Below, piece after piece: positions 27,326 to 37,213 of a stretch of DNA of 43,999 nucleotides. Position numbers and translations under genes: made by a program. The notes below the pieces were generated by a model that saw only the letters and a program-made list of their open reading frames with translations, did not search any database and was not told where the DNA came from. Location of the stretch: positions 1 through 43,999 of the forward strand of contig JAWANJ010000003.1 of NCBI GenBank assembly GCA_038895395.1, given 5' to 3'. This DNA comes from Candidatus Iainarchaeum sp. Its GTDB lineage: Archaea > Iainarchaeota > Iainarchaeia > Iainarchaeales > DTGL01. Position 1 is the stretch's first letter, and each line of letters starts with the position of its first letter.

Positions 27326-30300
27326 TTGGGACTGCTTTTAATAGTCTTCTTTACCTCTGCACATGCGCAAGCAACAAACGTAAGCGCGACAGATTGTAAG
27401 GCCAACCACATCACTTTTAAAGATGGCAATTACGAGTTTCAGGGCGATATATCGTGCGCTTATGTTTATATTTATGCCAAAAACCAAGATACCACCATCG
27501 ATTGCCAGGGCGCCAAATTTGCAGCATACTATTTCTATTACTACCCGGGTGATGGAAGCACCATTACCATAAGAAACTGCAAATTCGAGCCTTATAGAAA
27601 TTATTCGACCTATAGCTACCATTATTTTTCAGAAACAAAGAGCGCCGGTTTTGAGTATATAAATAACACATTTGAGAATGTGTACTACCAGGTGCAGCGT
27701 ACATATGCAAAAAGAACAAAAGTTGATTTTAATTTTGTTGACAACAACATTCTAAACTCCCGGTTCAATTTGTATTTCTATGATTATTACACGCAACAAC
27801 CCGACCTTACGCTTAACTTGGCCGGCAACAATATGACCAACTCACAATTCTACGTTTATTTCTATGACTACTACAACCAAAGCACAGGCCCTAATATTTA
27901 CGCTAACATTTACAAGAACAATTTCAAGAATTCTTACCTAGCATTGGTTTGCTACAACTACTACTCGAACCTTCAAAGCGGCATTAATCGGCAAATTTCT
28001 ATTGTTGACAACAACTTTGAACTTTCACAAGTATATCTGCAAAATTATTACTATAACTACAGTTCTTCTCTCCGAGACGTTAATCTTTATTTGGAAGTAA
28101 AAAGAAATCTTTTCAACAATACATCATTTTATCTTTATGACTATGGCTATAGGTATCCCAAATTTAAAAAGACTTTACCATCTAAAGATACACACATCGA
28201 GCTTACAGAAAATGATTTTAACTTAGCTCTCGTTGTTCTGTATTTGTATCCATATTATTGGTTGACCGACACTAATATGGAGTTAATTTTTTCAAGAAAT
28301 AAACTTCATGCTACAAGCTTAAATATTCACGATTACAGATATGCACAAAGTGGCAAAATAGAACTTTCCTACAATGACATAAATAGATCACAGATAAGCT
28401 TTGGCTATTGGAACTATTGGTATTGGCACTACTGGAACTGGTGGTACTACCATTGGTACTATGCTTGGTATTACTGGTATTATTATGGCATAGTAATTGA
28501 TCCAAAAATTGGTGAAATTAATGTTTTGGGCAACAAACTTGAGAAAAGCAGACTTGATTTTTTAGGCTATTGGCCTTCAGCCTATTCAAGCCTTACAGTA
28601 ATTGATAATATCTTCAACGGTTTCTACTGTCCGCCTAACCTAAAAGACAACGAATGTAAAAATTACTACAAAGATATGAGCAAAATTTATTGGGTTGGCT
28701 TGAATCAGCTCACTGTGCCCACCAAAAATAATACTGTTATTTCTAACAATGAGTTTTATGGTGATACTAATTACATTGGCTCTGCGATAACCCATCTATC
28801 AGACCCTTATAACGGGCCATACTATGGCGGTCCTTACGACTACTGGTGGATGTGTTATTATTGGGGCTACTGTGGGTGGTACTACTATTACTACTGGTAC
28901 TACTACTACTATTACTATTACTACTGGTACTACTATTACTACTGGTACTACTACTACTATTACTACTGGTACTACTACGCTAAATACTATCCGTACACTT
29001 ATTGGTACTACTACTACTATTACTACACTTATTGGTACTACTACTATTACTATTACTACTGGTACTACTATTACTACTGGTACTACTACGGCTACTACTA
29101 CAGATGGTACTACTGGTACTACTACAGATACTATTACTATTACTACTGGTACTACTACAGATACTACTATGGATATTATCCTTTCTTCGACATATGGGAA
29201 AAAGGCGTTTTCGAGCTATCAAACAACACCTTTAGAGGTTTCTATAGTGGAATTGAGACATTATCCTCTTCAGATGGGCAGATTGCAGTTATAAAGAACA
29301 ATATCTTTGAAGACAACAAGTATGGAATTAAATACGTAAGTAGCAATGGTACAATGCTGATTTACAACAACATTTTTAGTAACAATGAAATTGGTATTGG
29401 TGGCATAAGTGGTACAGTTGGCGCTTCGCCATATTTCCCATACGCTTATATCGGTGGTCCTATATCCGTATATGATAACCGCTTCGAGAATAACAGCAAG
29501 TGGGCCATAAAGTATGTTGGTGCTGATATCTGGTATGCACCTTACTATGGCAAGTCAGAGGACGGCATATACAACTATGACCCAGCAAATAGGCGCTCTG
29601 GACCAATGTTCACAAGACAAGAAGTTGATGACTATCTCAAACAATCAAAGACAATGCTTATATGCATGGCCAACAACGACTTCACTGCGATGCCCAATAC
29701 AGGGGCCAATGCAACAGAGGGCGTAATAAAGAAAATCTCTGATGCAGCCAACTATAATGGCCAGTGCTTGGGCTTTTGCAGTGGTGGCATAAACAGTCCG
29801 CCTATAGCTGACTTTGAGGTAACACCAAACACAGGGGTTTCCAACCTAACAGTTGATTTCTATGATCGTTCATATGACAAAGACGGTAGTATTGTTTCGT
29901 GGTTATGGGACTTTGGCGATGGTACATACAGTACAGACCAAAATCCAACACATACTTACACAAGCAATGGGCCCTTCACTGTAACCTTGACTGTTAAAGA
30001 CGATGGTGGTGCCAAGAACAGCAAACAGAAGAAAATTACCCCTTATGACACAGCTTCAATAACTGAAATATCAGTGGAAGATATTTCAGCAGGTGAAAGC
30101 GCTAAGATAAGCGTAACATGCACAAAAGACCTGGAAGGTGTGCTAAAGGTTTACTTTGATCCTCTCGGAGCAAATACTAAGATCTATGAGTCAACCTATA
30201 AATGCAACTCTGGCGCAGTATCAGTAGGTCCACTCACGGAGATAGGCGTATACCTTGCAAGGTATGACCTTAGTGTGCCTTCTGGCTCATGCACAAAATG

Positions 30301-30436
30301 CAGCGCAGAGAAGGAATTCATTGTAAAGAAAAGCGCAGTAACAACAGCACCAGAAGAGCCAGTTGTTGCGGTTGCTGCACTAATTCTAGTTTTCGCAGTT
30401 TTGTTTGCTGGGAAGGGTCTTAAGAGAAATAAGTAG
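27326..30436 (+). CDS. Large surface protein: parallel beta-helix repeats with Tyr/Trp-rich loops, PKD domain, C-terminal PE-TM anchor
   Basis: Signal peptide, repeated 'xxNNxFxN' coils and PKD motif WLWDFGDG...NPTHTY (~29792-30040). The C-terminus reads APEEPVVAVAALILVFAVLFAGKGLKRNK. The true start may be 27278. Confidence 0.85.
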   Translation: MGLLLIVFFTSAHAQATNVSATDCKANHITFKDGNYEFQGDISCAYVYIYAKNQDTTIDCQGAKFAAYYFYYYPGDGSTITIRNCKFEPYRNYSTYSYHYFSETKSAGFEYINNTFENVYYQVQRTYAKRTKVDFNFVDNNILNSRFNLYFYDYYTQQPDLTLNLAGNNMTNSQFYVYFYDYYNQSTGPNIYANIYKNNFKNSYLALVCYNYYSNLQSGINRQISIVDNNFELSQVYLQNYYYNYSSSLRDVNLYLEVKRNLFNNTSFYLYDYGYRYPKFKKTLPSKDTHIELTENDFNLALVVLYLYPYYWLTDTNMELIFSRNKLHATSLNIHDYRYAQSGKIELSYNDINRSQISFGYWNYWYWHYWNWWYYHWYYAWYYWYYYGIVIDPKIGEINVLGNKLEKSRLDFLGYWPSAYSSLTVIDNIFNGFYCPPNLKDNECKNYYKDMSKIYWVGLNQLTVPTKNNTVISNNEFYGDTNYIGSAITHLSDPYNGPYYGGPYDYWWMCYYWGYCGWYYYYYWYYYYYYYYYWYYYYYWYYYYYYYWYYYAKYYPYTYWYYYYYYYTYWYYYYYYYYWYYYYYWYYYGYYYRWYYWYYYRYYYYYYWYYYRYYYGYYPFFDIWEKGVFELSNNTFRGFYSGIETLSSSDGQIAVIKNNIFEDNKYGIKYVSSNGTMLIYNNIFSNNEIGIGGISGTVGASPYFPYAYIGGPISVYDNRFENNSKWAIKYVGADIWYAPYYGKSEDGIYNYDPANRRSGPMFTRQEVDDYLKQSKTMLICMANNDFTAMPNTGANATEGVIKKISDAANYNGQCLGFCSGGINSPPIADFEVTPNTGVSNLTVDFYDRSYDKDGSIVSWLWDFGDGTYSTDQNPTHTYTSNGPFTVTLTVKDDGGAKNSKQKKITPYDTASITEISVEDISAGESAKISVTCTKDLEGVLKVYFDPLGANTKIYESTYKCNSGAVSVGPLTEIGVYLARYDLSVPSGSCTKCSAEKEFIVKKSAVTTAPEEPVVAVAALILVFAVLFAGKGLKRNK
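28877..29179 (+). repeat. Low-complexity (TAC/TAT)n-TGG coding repeat (poly-Tyr/Trp tract)
   Basis: 101 codons, of which 79 are Tyr and 12 are Trp. It contains an exact 54-nt direct repeat at 28901-28954 and 29036-29089. Confidence 0.95.
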
Positions 30437-30499
30437 AAAATTTCTCTTAGCGTTATGCACTGCTAAGAAATAAAAAAACTCTTTCAACATATAGCTATT

Positions 30500-31378
30500 A
30501 TGCTTGTAGTTTACTCAGATGAATTTTTGAAACATTCTTTCATAAATCACCCCGAGAGCCCAGGTAGGCTTTTCTCAATAAAAAAAGTACTTGACAAAAA
30601 GAAGGGATTCCAATACATCGTACCAAATGCCGCCACCAATGATGACCTTCTTAAGGTACATACTAAGGAACTTATCGAAGACCTAAAAATTCGCTCAGAA
30701 AAGCGCCTTGGTGATGCTGATAATCCCTTTGTCTCAAATACTTTTGAAATAGCAAAGCTTAGCGCTGGCGCTGCTATAGAAGCAGCAAAGCATGCTGAAA
30801 GCAAATGCTTTTCCCTTGCAAGGCCTCCTGGGCATCATGCTGGAAGAAATTTTTTTGGAGGATTTTGTTACCTTAACAATATTGCAGTTGGTGTTGCAAG
30901 CATATCTAAAAAATATGGTCGAATATTGATTGTTGACTTCGATGTACACTTAGGCCAGGGTACACTTGACATCTTTGCTGGAAGCGATTCTGTGTTTTAT
31001 CTTTCGTTTCATCAAGATGCTAACACAATTTACCCATGGTACGAGCCAACTATAAATAAAAATAATATAAAATTAGTTCCATTGCCTATAGGCATTGGTG
31101 ATAAAAAATACTTAAACACATTCAAGAAAAACTTTAATGAAGTTTTTTCAAAATTTCAACCAGATCTTATAGCATGCTCAGCAGGCTTTGATTCATACTA
31201 TGCAGATTATCGTTATGTTGGTAGTGCTCTGGAACTAAAAAACCCCTCAACCTTTAGGCATATTGGTGAGACCATAGCGAAAACAAAAAAACCAAGCTTC
31301 GCGGTTCTTGAAGGTGGCTATGAGCCGGAAACTTTGGGCTCTTTAGTTTATGAGTTTCTGAGAGGATGGCAAGGATGA
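30500..31378 (+). CDS. Histone deacetylase/AcuC/acetylpolyamine amidohydrolase family protein
   Basis: HPESPGRL, RPPGHHA, GGFCYLNN, DFDVHLGQGT, SAGFD and LEGGY motifs. Confidence 0.94.
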   Translation: MLVVYSDEFLKHSFINHPESPGRLFSIKKVLDKKKGFQYIVPNAATNDDLLKVHTKELIEDLKIRSEKRLGDADNPFVSNTFEIAKLSAGAAIEAAKHAESKCFSLARPPGHHAGRNFFGGFCYLNNIAVGVASISKKYGRILIVDFDVHLGQGTLDIFAGSDSVFYLSFHQDANTIYPWYEPTINKNNIKLVPLPIGIGDKKYLNTFKKNFNEVFSKFQPDLIACSAGFDSYYADYRYVGSALELKNPSTFRHIGETIAKTKKPSFAVLEGGYEPETLGSLVYEFLRGWQG

Positions 31379-31869
31379 AGGTGCTTATAGCTTATCAGGG
31401 TGACAACAAAACAAATGCTCAGGTAGCCGAAACAATGAAAAAGGTATTTGAAGAAAATGGAGCTGAAGTTAAAGTTGAGGGCATAAGACCAACGATAGAG
31501 ATGCGCCTTTATGATTATATAAAAGAATTTAAAAAAAAGAAAAAAATTGAGTTCAAAAAAGCAACAACAGATGTCAAAAGTTATGACCTTGTTGTCATTG
31601 GTACGCCAGTTCTAAAATTTTCCCCAACACCTTTGATGGAAACTTATGTAAGATCTTTAAAAAATACCAAGGGCAAGAAGTTTGTGCTCTATTGTACTCC
31701 TGTTGGTTTTGCTGGGAGTACAATAAAAAGATTGGCAAACATTTTAGCAACAAAAGGTGGCCTAATTGTATCAACTTTGACAATTTCTTCAATATTTGAG
31801 CTAAACGAAGAAAAGCTTGCAAGAGTAAAGAGTTATACTCAGCAGCTGATAAATGATTTAAAACAATAG
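31375..31869 (+). CDS. Flavodoxin-like fold protein
   Basis: MKVLIAYQ...TNAQVAE and YDLVVIGTPV. The phosphate-binding loop is degenerate. Confidence 0.75.
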   Translation: MKVLIAYQGDNKTNAQVAETMKKVFEENGAEVKVEGIRPTIEMRLYDYIKEFKKKKKIEFKKATTDVKSYDLVVIGTPVLKFSPTPLMETYVRSLKNTKGKKFVLYCTPVGFAGSTIKRLANILATKGGLIVSTLTISSIFELNEEKLARVKSYTQQLINDLKQ

Positions 31870-31911
31870 CAGCACAAATAAGCAAAAATTGTGTTAATGT
31901 GCTTATATTGC

Positions 31912-32793
31912 TCACGAATTTTTTTTGTCAGGCATTCTGATTATAAATCTGTAACTTTCAATCACCAAAACAGTGCCATTTGGAGCCTTTTTGCTTGCCA
32001 ATTCGGTTACATTTTCTCCTTGTTTTAATCCAAAACCTCGCCATTTTGGTGAAGCCCAAAAGATAACAGGCCATTTGTATTGTTTGTTCTGCTCTGCCAA
32101 AAAGTACGTTTTTGGACTTACAAAAAACTTAACATCTGATTTTTTATCTTCATCGCTGTCAACCTCAAAGATAGCAATTGCACCACTGTTTATTTCAAAG
32201 TCTTGGACCTCTGGAACAAAGTAACTTATGTCTGGATTGCCATCTAAGCTATTGTCAATGCCCACAAAACTAAAACTTTTTTGGAATTGTATATAAAAAT
32301 CCTGCGAATCTAAAAGCAGATAAAATCTTCTTCTGTCCGAAGAAACAAAGTATCGATATCTTATACCAAATGGAAACACTATCGCATTTTCGCTTACCTC
32401 ACCAGCCTTGAAATGGTAGGGTCCCAGCTGACTGCCAAACGGATCATAAAGGGTCACAGTATCTGAACTCCAATCAAATTCACATAAATAAATCATCTCT
32501 CCTGCAGTAACTTCACAATATTCTGTTGGTGATTCAACAAATAAAGACACATGCATTAAGTTCAGATCTTCTAACATGAAAACAAGCTGGTTTTCGTAGA
32601 GATATATTGTTGTCATAGGTGGTTCGGGGTAATAATTTGCGTCAACATCAAATGAATGATCTGCTTCTATAACTTCTTTTTCTTGGTCAGGTTTCTTTGG
32701 AATGTTTTGCCATATTATCACTAGCAAAGAGAGGATAATAATTAGTACTATAATAATCTTTACATTGCTTTTGTTCACACTATATAGAAACAT
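31912..32793 (-). CDS. Hypothetical protein with N-terminal membrane anchor
   Basis: 293-aa ORF with an N-terminal Ile-rich TM and a beta-rich acidic body. Confidence 0.65.
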   Translation of the reverse strand: MFLYSVNKSNVKIIIVLIIILSLLVIIWQNIPKKPDQEKEVIEADHSFDVDANYYPEPPMTTIYLYENQLVFMLEDLNLMHVSLFVESPTEYCEVTAGEMIYLCEFDWSSDTVTLYDPFGSQLGPYHFKAGEVSENAIVFPFGIRYRYFVSSDRRRFYLLLDSQDFYIQFQKSFSFVGIDNSLDGNPDISYFVPEVQDFEINSGAIAIFEVDSDEDKKSDVKFFVSPKTYFLAEQNKQYKWPVIFWASPKWRGFGLKQGENVTELASKKAPNGTVLVIESYRFIIRMPDKKNS

Positions 32794-32933
32794 CCTTTCA
32801 TTTAAATAACTTTTGCTAGCATTTTTTGAAAAAATTTAAAAAAATATACCACTTTTTCTAATATTATATATAATATAAAACTTGTTTCTTGTGCTTTCTG
32901 GGAAATTATTTAATGCTTTCACGAGTGAGTGCT

Positions 32934-33428
32934 ATGGCCAAACGTAGCAAAAAAAGCCCAAAAGATGAGACTGCTGAAAAGATTTCCTTTTTGGAAAAAG
33001 AATTGGCTGAAAAAAGTGCTCTGGCTGAAGAACGCCTTAATCAGATAAAGTATCTCCAAGCAGACTTTGAGAATTACCGTAAAGGGCTTGAAAGGGAAAA
33101 GGATGAAGCGATCAAACGTGCTAGTGAAGTAATAATTAGAGACCTATTGCCTTTGATAGACGACCTTGAAAATGCTTTAAAAAATTCAAAAGAAGAGAAC
33201 CAAGGCCTAAAATTAGTTTTTGACAAACTTATGAAAATATGTGAAAAACATGGCCTAAAGAAGATAAAAGCTCTTGGTAAAAAATTTGATCCATATCATC
33301 ACGAAGTTATCCAAAAAGAAATATCTGATAAAGAAGAAGGCACCATTATTGAGGAATTTCAATCAGGATATATGCTCAACTCAAAGGTTATAAGACCTTC
33401 CAAGGTAAAAATTGCTGTAAAGAGCTAG
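32934..33428 (+). CDS. grpE: Nucleotide exchange factor GrpE
   Basis: QADFENYRK, LLPLIDDLE, FDPYHHE and GYMLNSKVIRPSKV. The likely start is ATG 32934. Confidence 0.95.
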   Translation: MAKRSKKSPKDETAEKISFLEKELAEKSALAEERLNQIKYLQADFENYRKGLEREKDEAIKRASEVIIRDLLPLIDDLENALKNSKEENQGLKLVFDKLMKICEKHGLKKIKALGKKFDPYHHEVIQKEISDKEEGTIIEEFQSGYMLNSKVIRPSKVKIAVKS

Positions 33429-33437
33429 GTGATTTCT

Positions 33438-35318
33438 ATGGCAAAAGAAAAGATAATAGGTATAGACCTTGGTACATCAAATAGTCAAGCAGCAGTAGTG
33501 ATAGGAGGAAGGCCTGTTATAATTCCTTCGGCTGAAGGTCCTACTGTGGCTGGAAAGATGTTTCCATCTTATGTTGCCTTTACTAAAGAAGGTCAACTTT
33601 TGGTTGGTGAACCTGCTAGAAGGCAAGCAGTGTCAAACCCAGAGGGCACGGTTATTGGGGTAAAAAGAAAAATGGGCACAAACCACGTATATAAAATTTA
33701 TGGTAAGACATATAAACCACAGGAGATCTCGGCATTTATACTTCAAAAGATAAAAAAAGATGCTGAAGCATTTTTGGGTGAACCAGTAAGAAAAGCAGTG
33801 ATCACGGTGCCGGCATATTTCAACGACAACCAGAGAACTGCAACAAAAGATGCCGGTAGGATAGCTGGCCTTGAAGTAGTTAGACTTGTTAATGAACCAA
33901 CAGCAGCAGCAATGGCATATGGCCTTGACAAAGGTGGTGAACACAAAATTCTAGTTTTTGATCTGGGTGGTGGCACACTTGATGTTACAATAATGGAATT
34001 TTCAGAAGGCACATTTAATGTCATTTCCACAGCAGGTGATACTCAGCTTGGTGGCACAGACATGGACAATGCAATAATAGAGTGGGTCTTGAAAGAATTT
34101 AAGGAAAAAGAAGGCATTGATTTGAGAAACGATAAAGTGGCTATGCAGCGTATAAGAGAAGCTTCTGAAAAAGCAAAGATTGAGCTAAGCACAGTGCTTG
34201 AAACTGAAATAAATCTTCCATATATCACATCAGATGATAAGGGACCAAAGCACCTGTTGCTAAAACTCACACGAGCTAAGCTGGAAAAACTTGTAGAGCC
34301 AATTGTGCAAAGATGCCTTGGGCCAATAGAACAAGCATTGAAAGATGCAAAATTAACAAAAGATGACATTGATAAAGTTATCTTGGTTGGTGGGCCTACA
34401 CGAATGCCTATCGTTCAAGAATTTCTTGAAAAGCACCTGGGTAAAAAAATCGAGCGTGGTGTAGACCCAATGGAATGTGTTGCAATAGGTGCAGCAATTC
34501 AGGGTGCAATACTTGCAGGCGAAATCAAAGATCTAGTTCTTTTAGACGTGACCCCTCTTACCTTGGGTATTGAAACATTAGGAAACATAATGACTCCGCT
34601 TATTCCAAGAAACACAACAATTCCAACAAGAAAAAGTCAAATATTTACTACAGCATCAGACTTCCAAACTGCTGTCACAATACACGTACTTCAAGGAGAA
34701 AGACCCATGGCAAGCGATAATATAAGCCTCGGAGAATTTACACTTGTTGGAATTCCACCAGCACCAAGAGGTGTTCCACAAATAGAGGTTACATTTGATA
34801 TAGACGCATCTGGTATATTACATGTTTCTGCTAAAGACCTAGCCACAGGTAAAGAACAAAAAATGACAATAACTGCTCCGACAAAACTTTCAGAGAAAGA
34901 AGTCGAAGAGATGATAAAAAAGGCCAAGGAATTCGAAGAAGAAGATCGTAAGAAAAAAGAGGAAGCCGAGCTTAGAAACAATGCAGACGCACTAATTTAC
35001 ACCACGGAGAAAACCCTTTCAGAGCTCGGTGACAAGCTTTCAGAAAAACAAAAAGAAAAGATAGAAACTGCTTTAAAAGAGGCAAAAGAAGCACTAGAAA
35101 GGGGCACAGTTGAAATCCTTAGACAGAAAGTGGATAATTTGCAGAAGGTCTTGCAAGATGCTGGAAAAGCCATATATGAAGAAGCCGCCAGAAGATATGC
35201 TGAAGAAAAAGACAGACAAAAAAGTGAGTTTGGAGGAAAAACCGAGAGCTCAAACAAGAAAGACAACAAAGACGATACAATCGATGCAGAGTTCAAAGTG
35301 CAAGACGAAGAAAAATAG
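33438..35318 (+). CDS. dnaK: Chaperone DnaK (Hsp70)
   Basis: [25 protein letters not shown] and [15 protein letters not shown] 33438 follows GGTGAT. Confidence 0.98.
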   Translation: MAKEKIIGIDLGTSNSQAAVVIGGRPVIIPSAEGPTVAGKMFPSYVAFTKEGQLLVGEPARRQAVSNPEGTVIGVKRKMGTNHVYKIYGKTYKPQEISAFILQKIKKDAEAFLGEPVRKAVITVPAYFNDNQRTATKDAGRIAGLEVVRLVNEPTAAAMAYGLDKGGEHKILVFDLGGGTLDVTIMEFSEGTFNVISTAGDTQLGGTDMDNAIIEWVLKEFKEKEGIDLRNDKVAMQRIREASEKAKIELSTVLETEINLPYITSDDKGPKHLLLKLTRAKLEKLVEPIVQRCLGPIEQALKDAKLTKDDIDKVILVGGPTRMPIVQEFLEKHLGKKIERGVDPMECVAIGAAIQGAILAGEIKDLVLLDVTPLTLGIETLGNIMTPLIPRNTTIPTRKSQIFTTASDFQTAVTIHVLQGERPMASDNISLGEFTLVGIPPAPRGVPQIEVTFDIDASGILHVSAKDLATGKEQKMTITAPTKLSEKEVEEMIKKAKEFEEEDRKKKEEAELRNNADALIYTTEKTLSELGDKLSEKQKEKIETALKEAKEALERGTVEILRQKVDNLQKVLQDAGKAIYEEAARRYAEEKDRQKSEFGGKTESSNKKDNKDDTIDAEFKVQDEEK

Positions 35319-35327
35319 CAAAAGGTC

Positions 35328-36482
35328 TTAACCTAGGCTATCTTTAAGTTTTCCAAAAAAACCCTTCTTCTTTTGTCCATCTTTGTCGCTAGAACTTTCT
35401 AGCAAAGCTTCCTTTAACAATGCCTTTTGTTTTTCAGATAGCTTTGTTGGAATCTCCACGATTACGTTAACAAGTAAGTCGCCTCTCTTGTCTGAATTTA
35501 GATAAGGCATGCCCATGCCTTTTAGCCTAAGCTTAGTGTTGCTTTGGGTTCCTGGTGGGACGTTTATAGTTACTTCACCATCCAAAGCTTTGAGATTAAC
35601 TTTACCCCCAAGTATTGCGGTTAGCAGATCTATTTTTTTGTCGCAGAAAAGATCAGCGCCTTTTCTTTCAAAGAAGTCATGCTTCCTAATATTTACCTTT
35701 AAGTAAAGATCCCCATTAGGTCCGCCATTTATGCCAGGCTCGCCTTCACCTGCAATTCTTAAATGTTGACCATTGTTAATACCTTTTGGTATCTTCACAT
35801 CAATTTTCTTCTTCCTCTTTACAAACCCACTGCCATTGCACTTTTTGCATTTCTTTTCATAAACTTTACCACTACCACCACACTTTTTGCAGGTGGTTAT
35901 GCTTGTAAACTGCACAAATCCATGTCTTCTATATTGGCGTATCTCACCTGTGCCATTACACTCTTCACACTTTTTAAGCGCTCCACCTTCAGCACCTGTG
36001 CCATGGCAATCTTCACAGTTTTGTATACTTGGAACTTCTATAATCTTTTTAGTTCCACTAAATGCTTCTTCTAAAGAGATTTCAATCTCATAAAGGATAT
36101 CAGCGCCGCGCCGCGGTCTTGAGCGCCCATAGTTTTCCTTAAAATGGCCAAAATCGAAATCAGCAAAACCTGAAAAAGTGTCAAATATGTCGCCAAAACC
36201 AAAGTCCTTTAAAAGTTCTTCAAAATCAGGCCATCTATAATTTGCAAAGTCTTCTGGTCTGAAAGCGCTTTCACCGAATTGATCATATTGTGCTCTTTTT
36301 TGCGGGTCGCTTAGCACTTGGTATGCTTCGTTTATCTCTTTAAATTTTTCTTCAGCTTCTTTGTTTCCTGGGTTTACATCCGGATGGTATTTTCTGGCTA
36401 GTTGTCTGAATGCTCTTTTTATTTCTTCATCTGATGCGTCTCTGCTTACACCAAGGATTTCATAATAATCTTTTTTTGGCAT
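35328..36482 (-). CDS. dnaJ: Chaperone DnaJ (class A)
   Basis: J-domain with HPD, a G/F region, four CxxCxGxG motifs and the C-terminal domain. The likely start is ATG 36482. Confidence 0.97.
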   Translation of the reverse strand: MPKKDYYEILGVSRDASDEEIKRAFRQLARKYHPDVNPGNKEAEEKFKEINEAYQVLSDPQKRAQYDQFGESAFRPEDFANYRWPDFEELLKDFGFGDIFDTFSGFADFDFGHFKENYGRSRPRRGADILYEIEISLEEAFSGTKKIIEVPSIQNCEDCHGTGAEGGALKKCEECNGTGEIRQYRRHGFVQFTSITTCKKCGGSGKVYEKKCKKCNGSGFVKRKKKIDVKIPKGINNGQHLRIAGEGEPGINGGPNGDLYLKVNIRKHDFFERKGADLFCDKKIDLLTAILGGKVNLKALDGEVTINVPPGTQSNTKLRLKGMGMPYLNSDKRGDLLVNVIVEIPTKLSEKQKALLKEALLESSSDKDGQKKKGFFGKLKDSLG

Positions 36483-36552
36483 AATGGTCACGTGATGCTA
36501 TTGTTGTTCACTAAGAGTAAAAATAATTTATCTGATAAACTACCAAATCCTA

Positions 36553-37095
36553 TTATCTGAGCTTTGAAATTGCATCTATACAACCATGCTCAGAGCAGTA
36601 GGCAATCTTTTCTTCTATAACTTTTCCTGTTGTTTCCTCGCTTCCAAAGCCAATAATTGGGTCAAAGTCTCCTATAAATGTAGTTGGTACACCTCTTGCA
36701 TTAATACCAAAAGCCTCTGCAAATTCAGAAAAGAGTTTTCTGTTATCTTCGTTTTTCCAAACCTCATATGCCTTAACGATAAGATTGGGATACTTTTCTT
36801 TCATTTTCTCTAAAAAAATTTTTTGCTTTGTACAGTGCGGACAACCTTCACCATAAAAAAAATAAAGCACCACCGTTTTTTTGTCTGTGGTCTCAACCTC
36901 TCCACTAAAAATTGGCTTGGTCGCTTCTTTTGTTGTACTATTTGCAACTTCGCCTTTTTCTTCAATTGTGGCATAACCTGTTTGGTGCAAGCTCTCAGTT
37001 CTATTGTTGCTATTGTTGCTCATCAATAGTAAGGCAAAAACAAAAATCAAAAACAAACAAAGTGCTACACCTAAAAATAATTTTTTTCCTTCCAT
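36553..37095 (-). CDS. Membrane-anchored thioredoxin/glutaredoxin-fold protein (CPHC)
   Basis: N-terminal TM helix, FFYGEGCPHC and GVPTTFIG. Confidence 0.85.
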   Translation of the reverse strand: MEGKKLFLGVALCLFLIFVFALLLMSNNSNNRTESLHQTGYATIEEKGEVANSTTKEATKPIFSGEVETTDKKTVVLYFFYGEGCPHCTKQKIFLEKMKEKYPNLIVKAYEVWKNEDNRKLFSEFAEAFGINARGVPTTFIGDFDPIIGFGSEETTGKVIEEKIAYCSEHGCIDAISKLR

Positions 37096-37213
37096 TTACT
37101 CACCAGAATTAAAAAATTCTACAAAAAGGCTGCTTAGTATATAAGAAAAAACCAATGCAAAAGTTTATTAAAGAGTAATGATAAAATATATAAGAAAAAA
37201 TTGTGGTGGTTTT

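Noticed and set aside
28400-29180. Diversity-generating retroelement VR/TR pair or CRISPR array
   Set aside because: There is no reverse transcriptase or cas gene in the window. I saw no ~100-nt repeat pair differing only at adenines and no regular repeat-spacer periodicity.
29002-29235. Poly-Leu ORF resembling a transmembrane peptide
   Set aside because: It is a shadow frame of the TAC repeat, preceded by in-frame TAA at 28981 and lacking an RBS.
28824-29294. Thr-rich alternative frame (TTTITTGTT...) as the true reading of the repeat, i.e. a glycosylated linker
   Set aside because: It would need two compensating frameshifts. The C/T variation is synonymous only in the Tyr frame, since in the Thr frame it gives ACT/ATT with almost no wobble variation. 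The flanks and an earlier non-repetitive patch are also Tyr/Trp-rich in the main frame.
30441-30470. Imperfect hairpin (CTTAGC...GCTAAG) after the Tyr-rich gene as a terminator
   Set aside because: The stem is weak and no U-tract follows on the coding strand, so there is too little support to call it.
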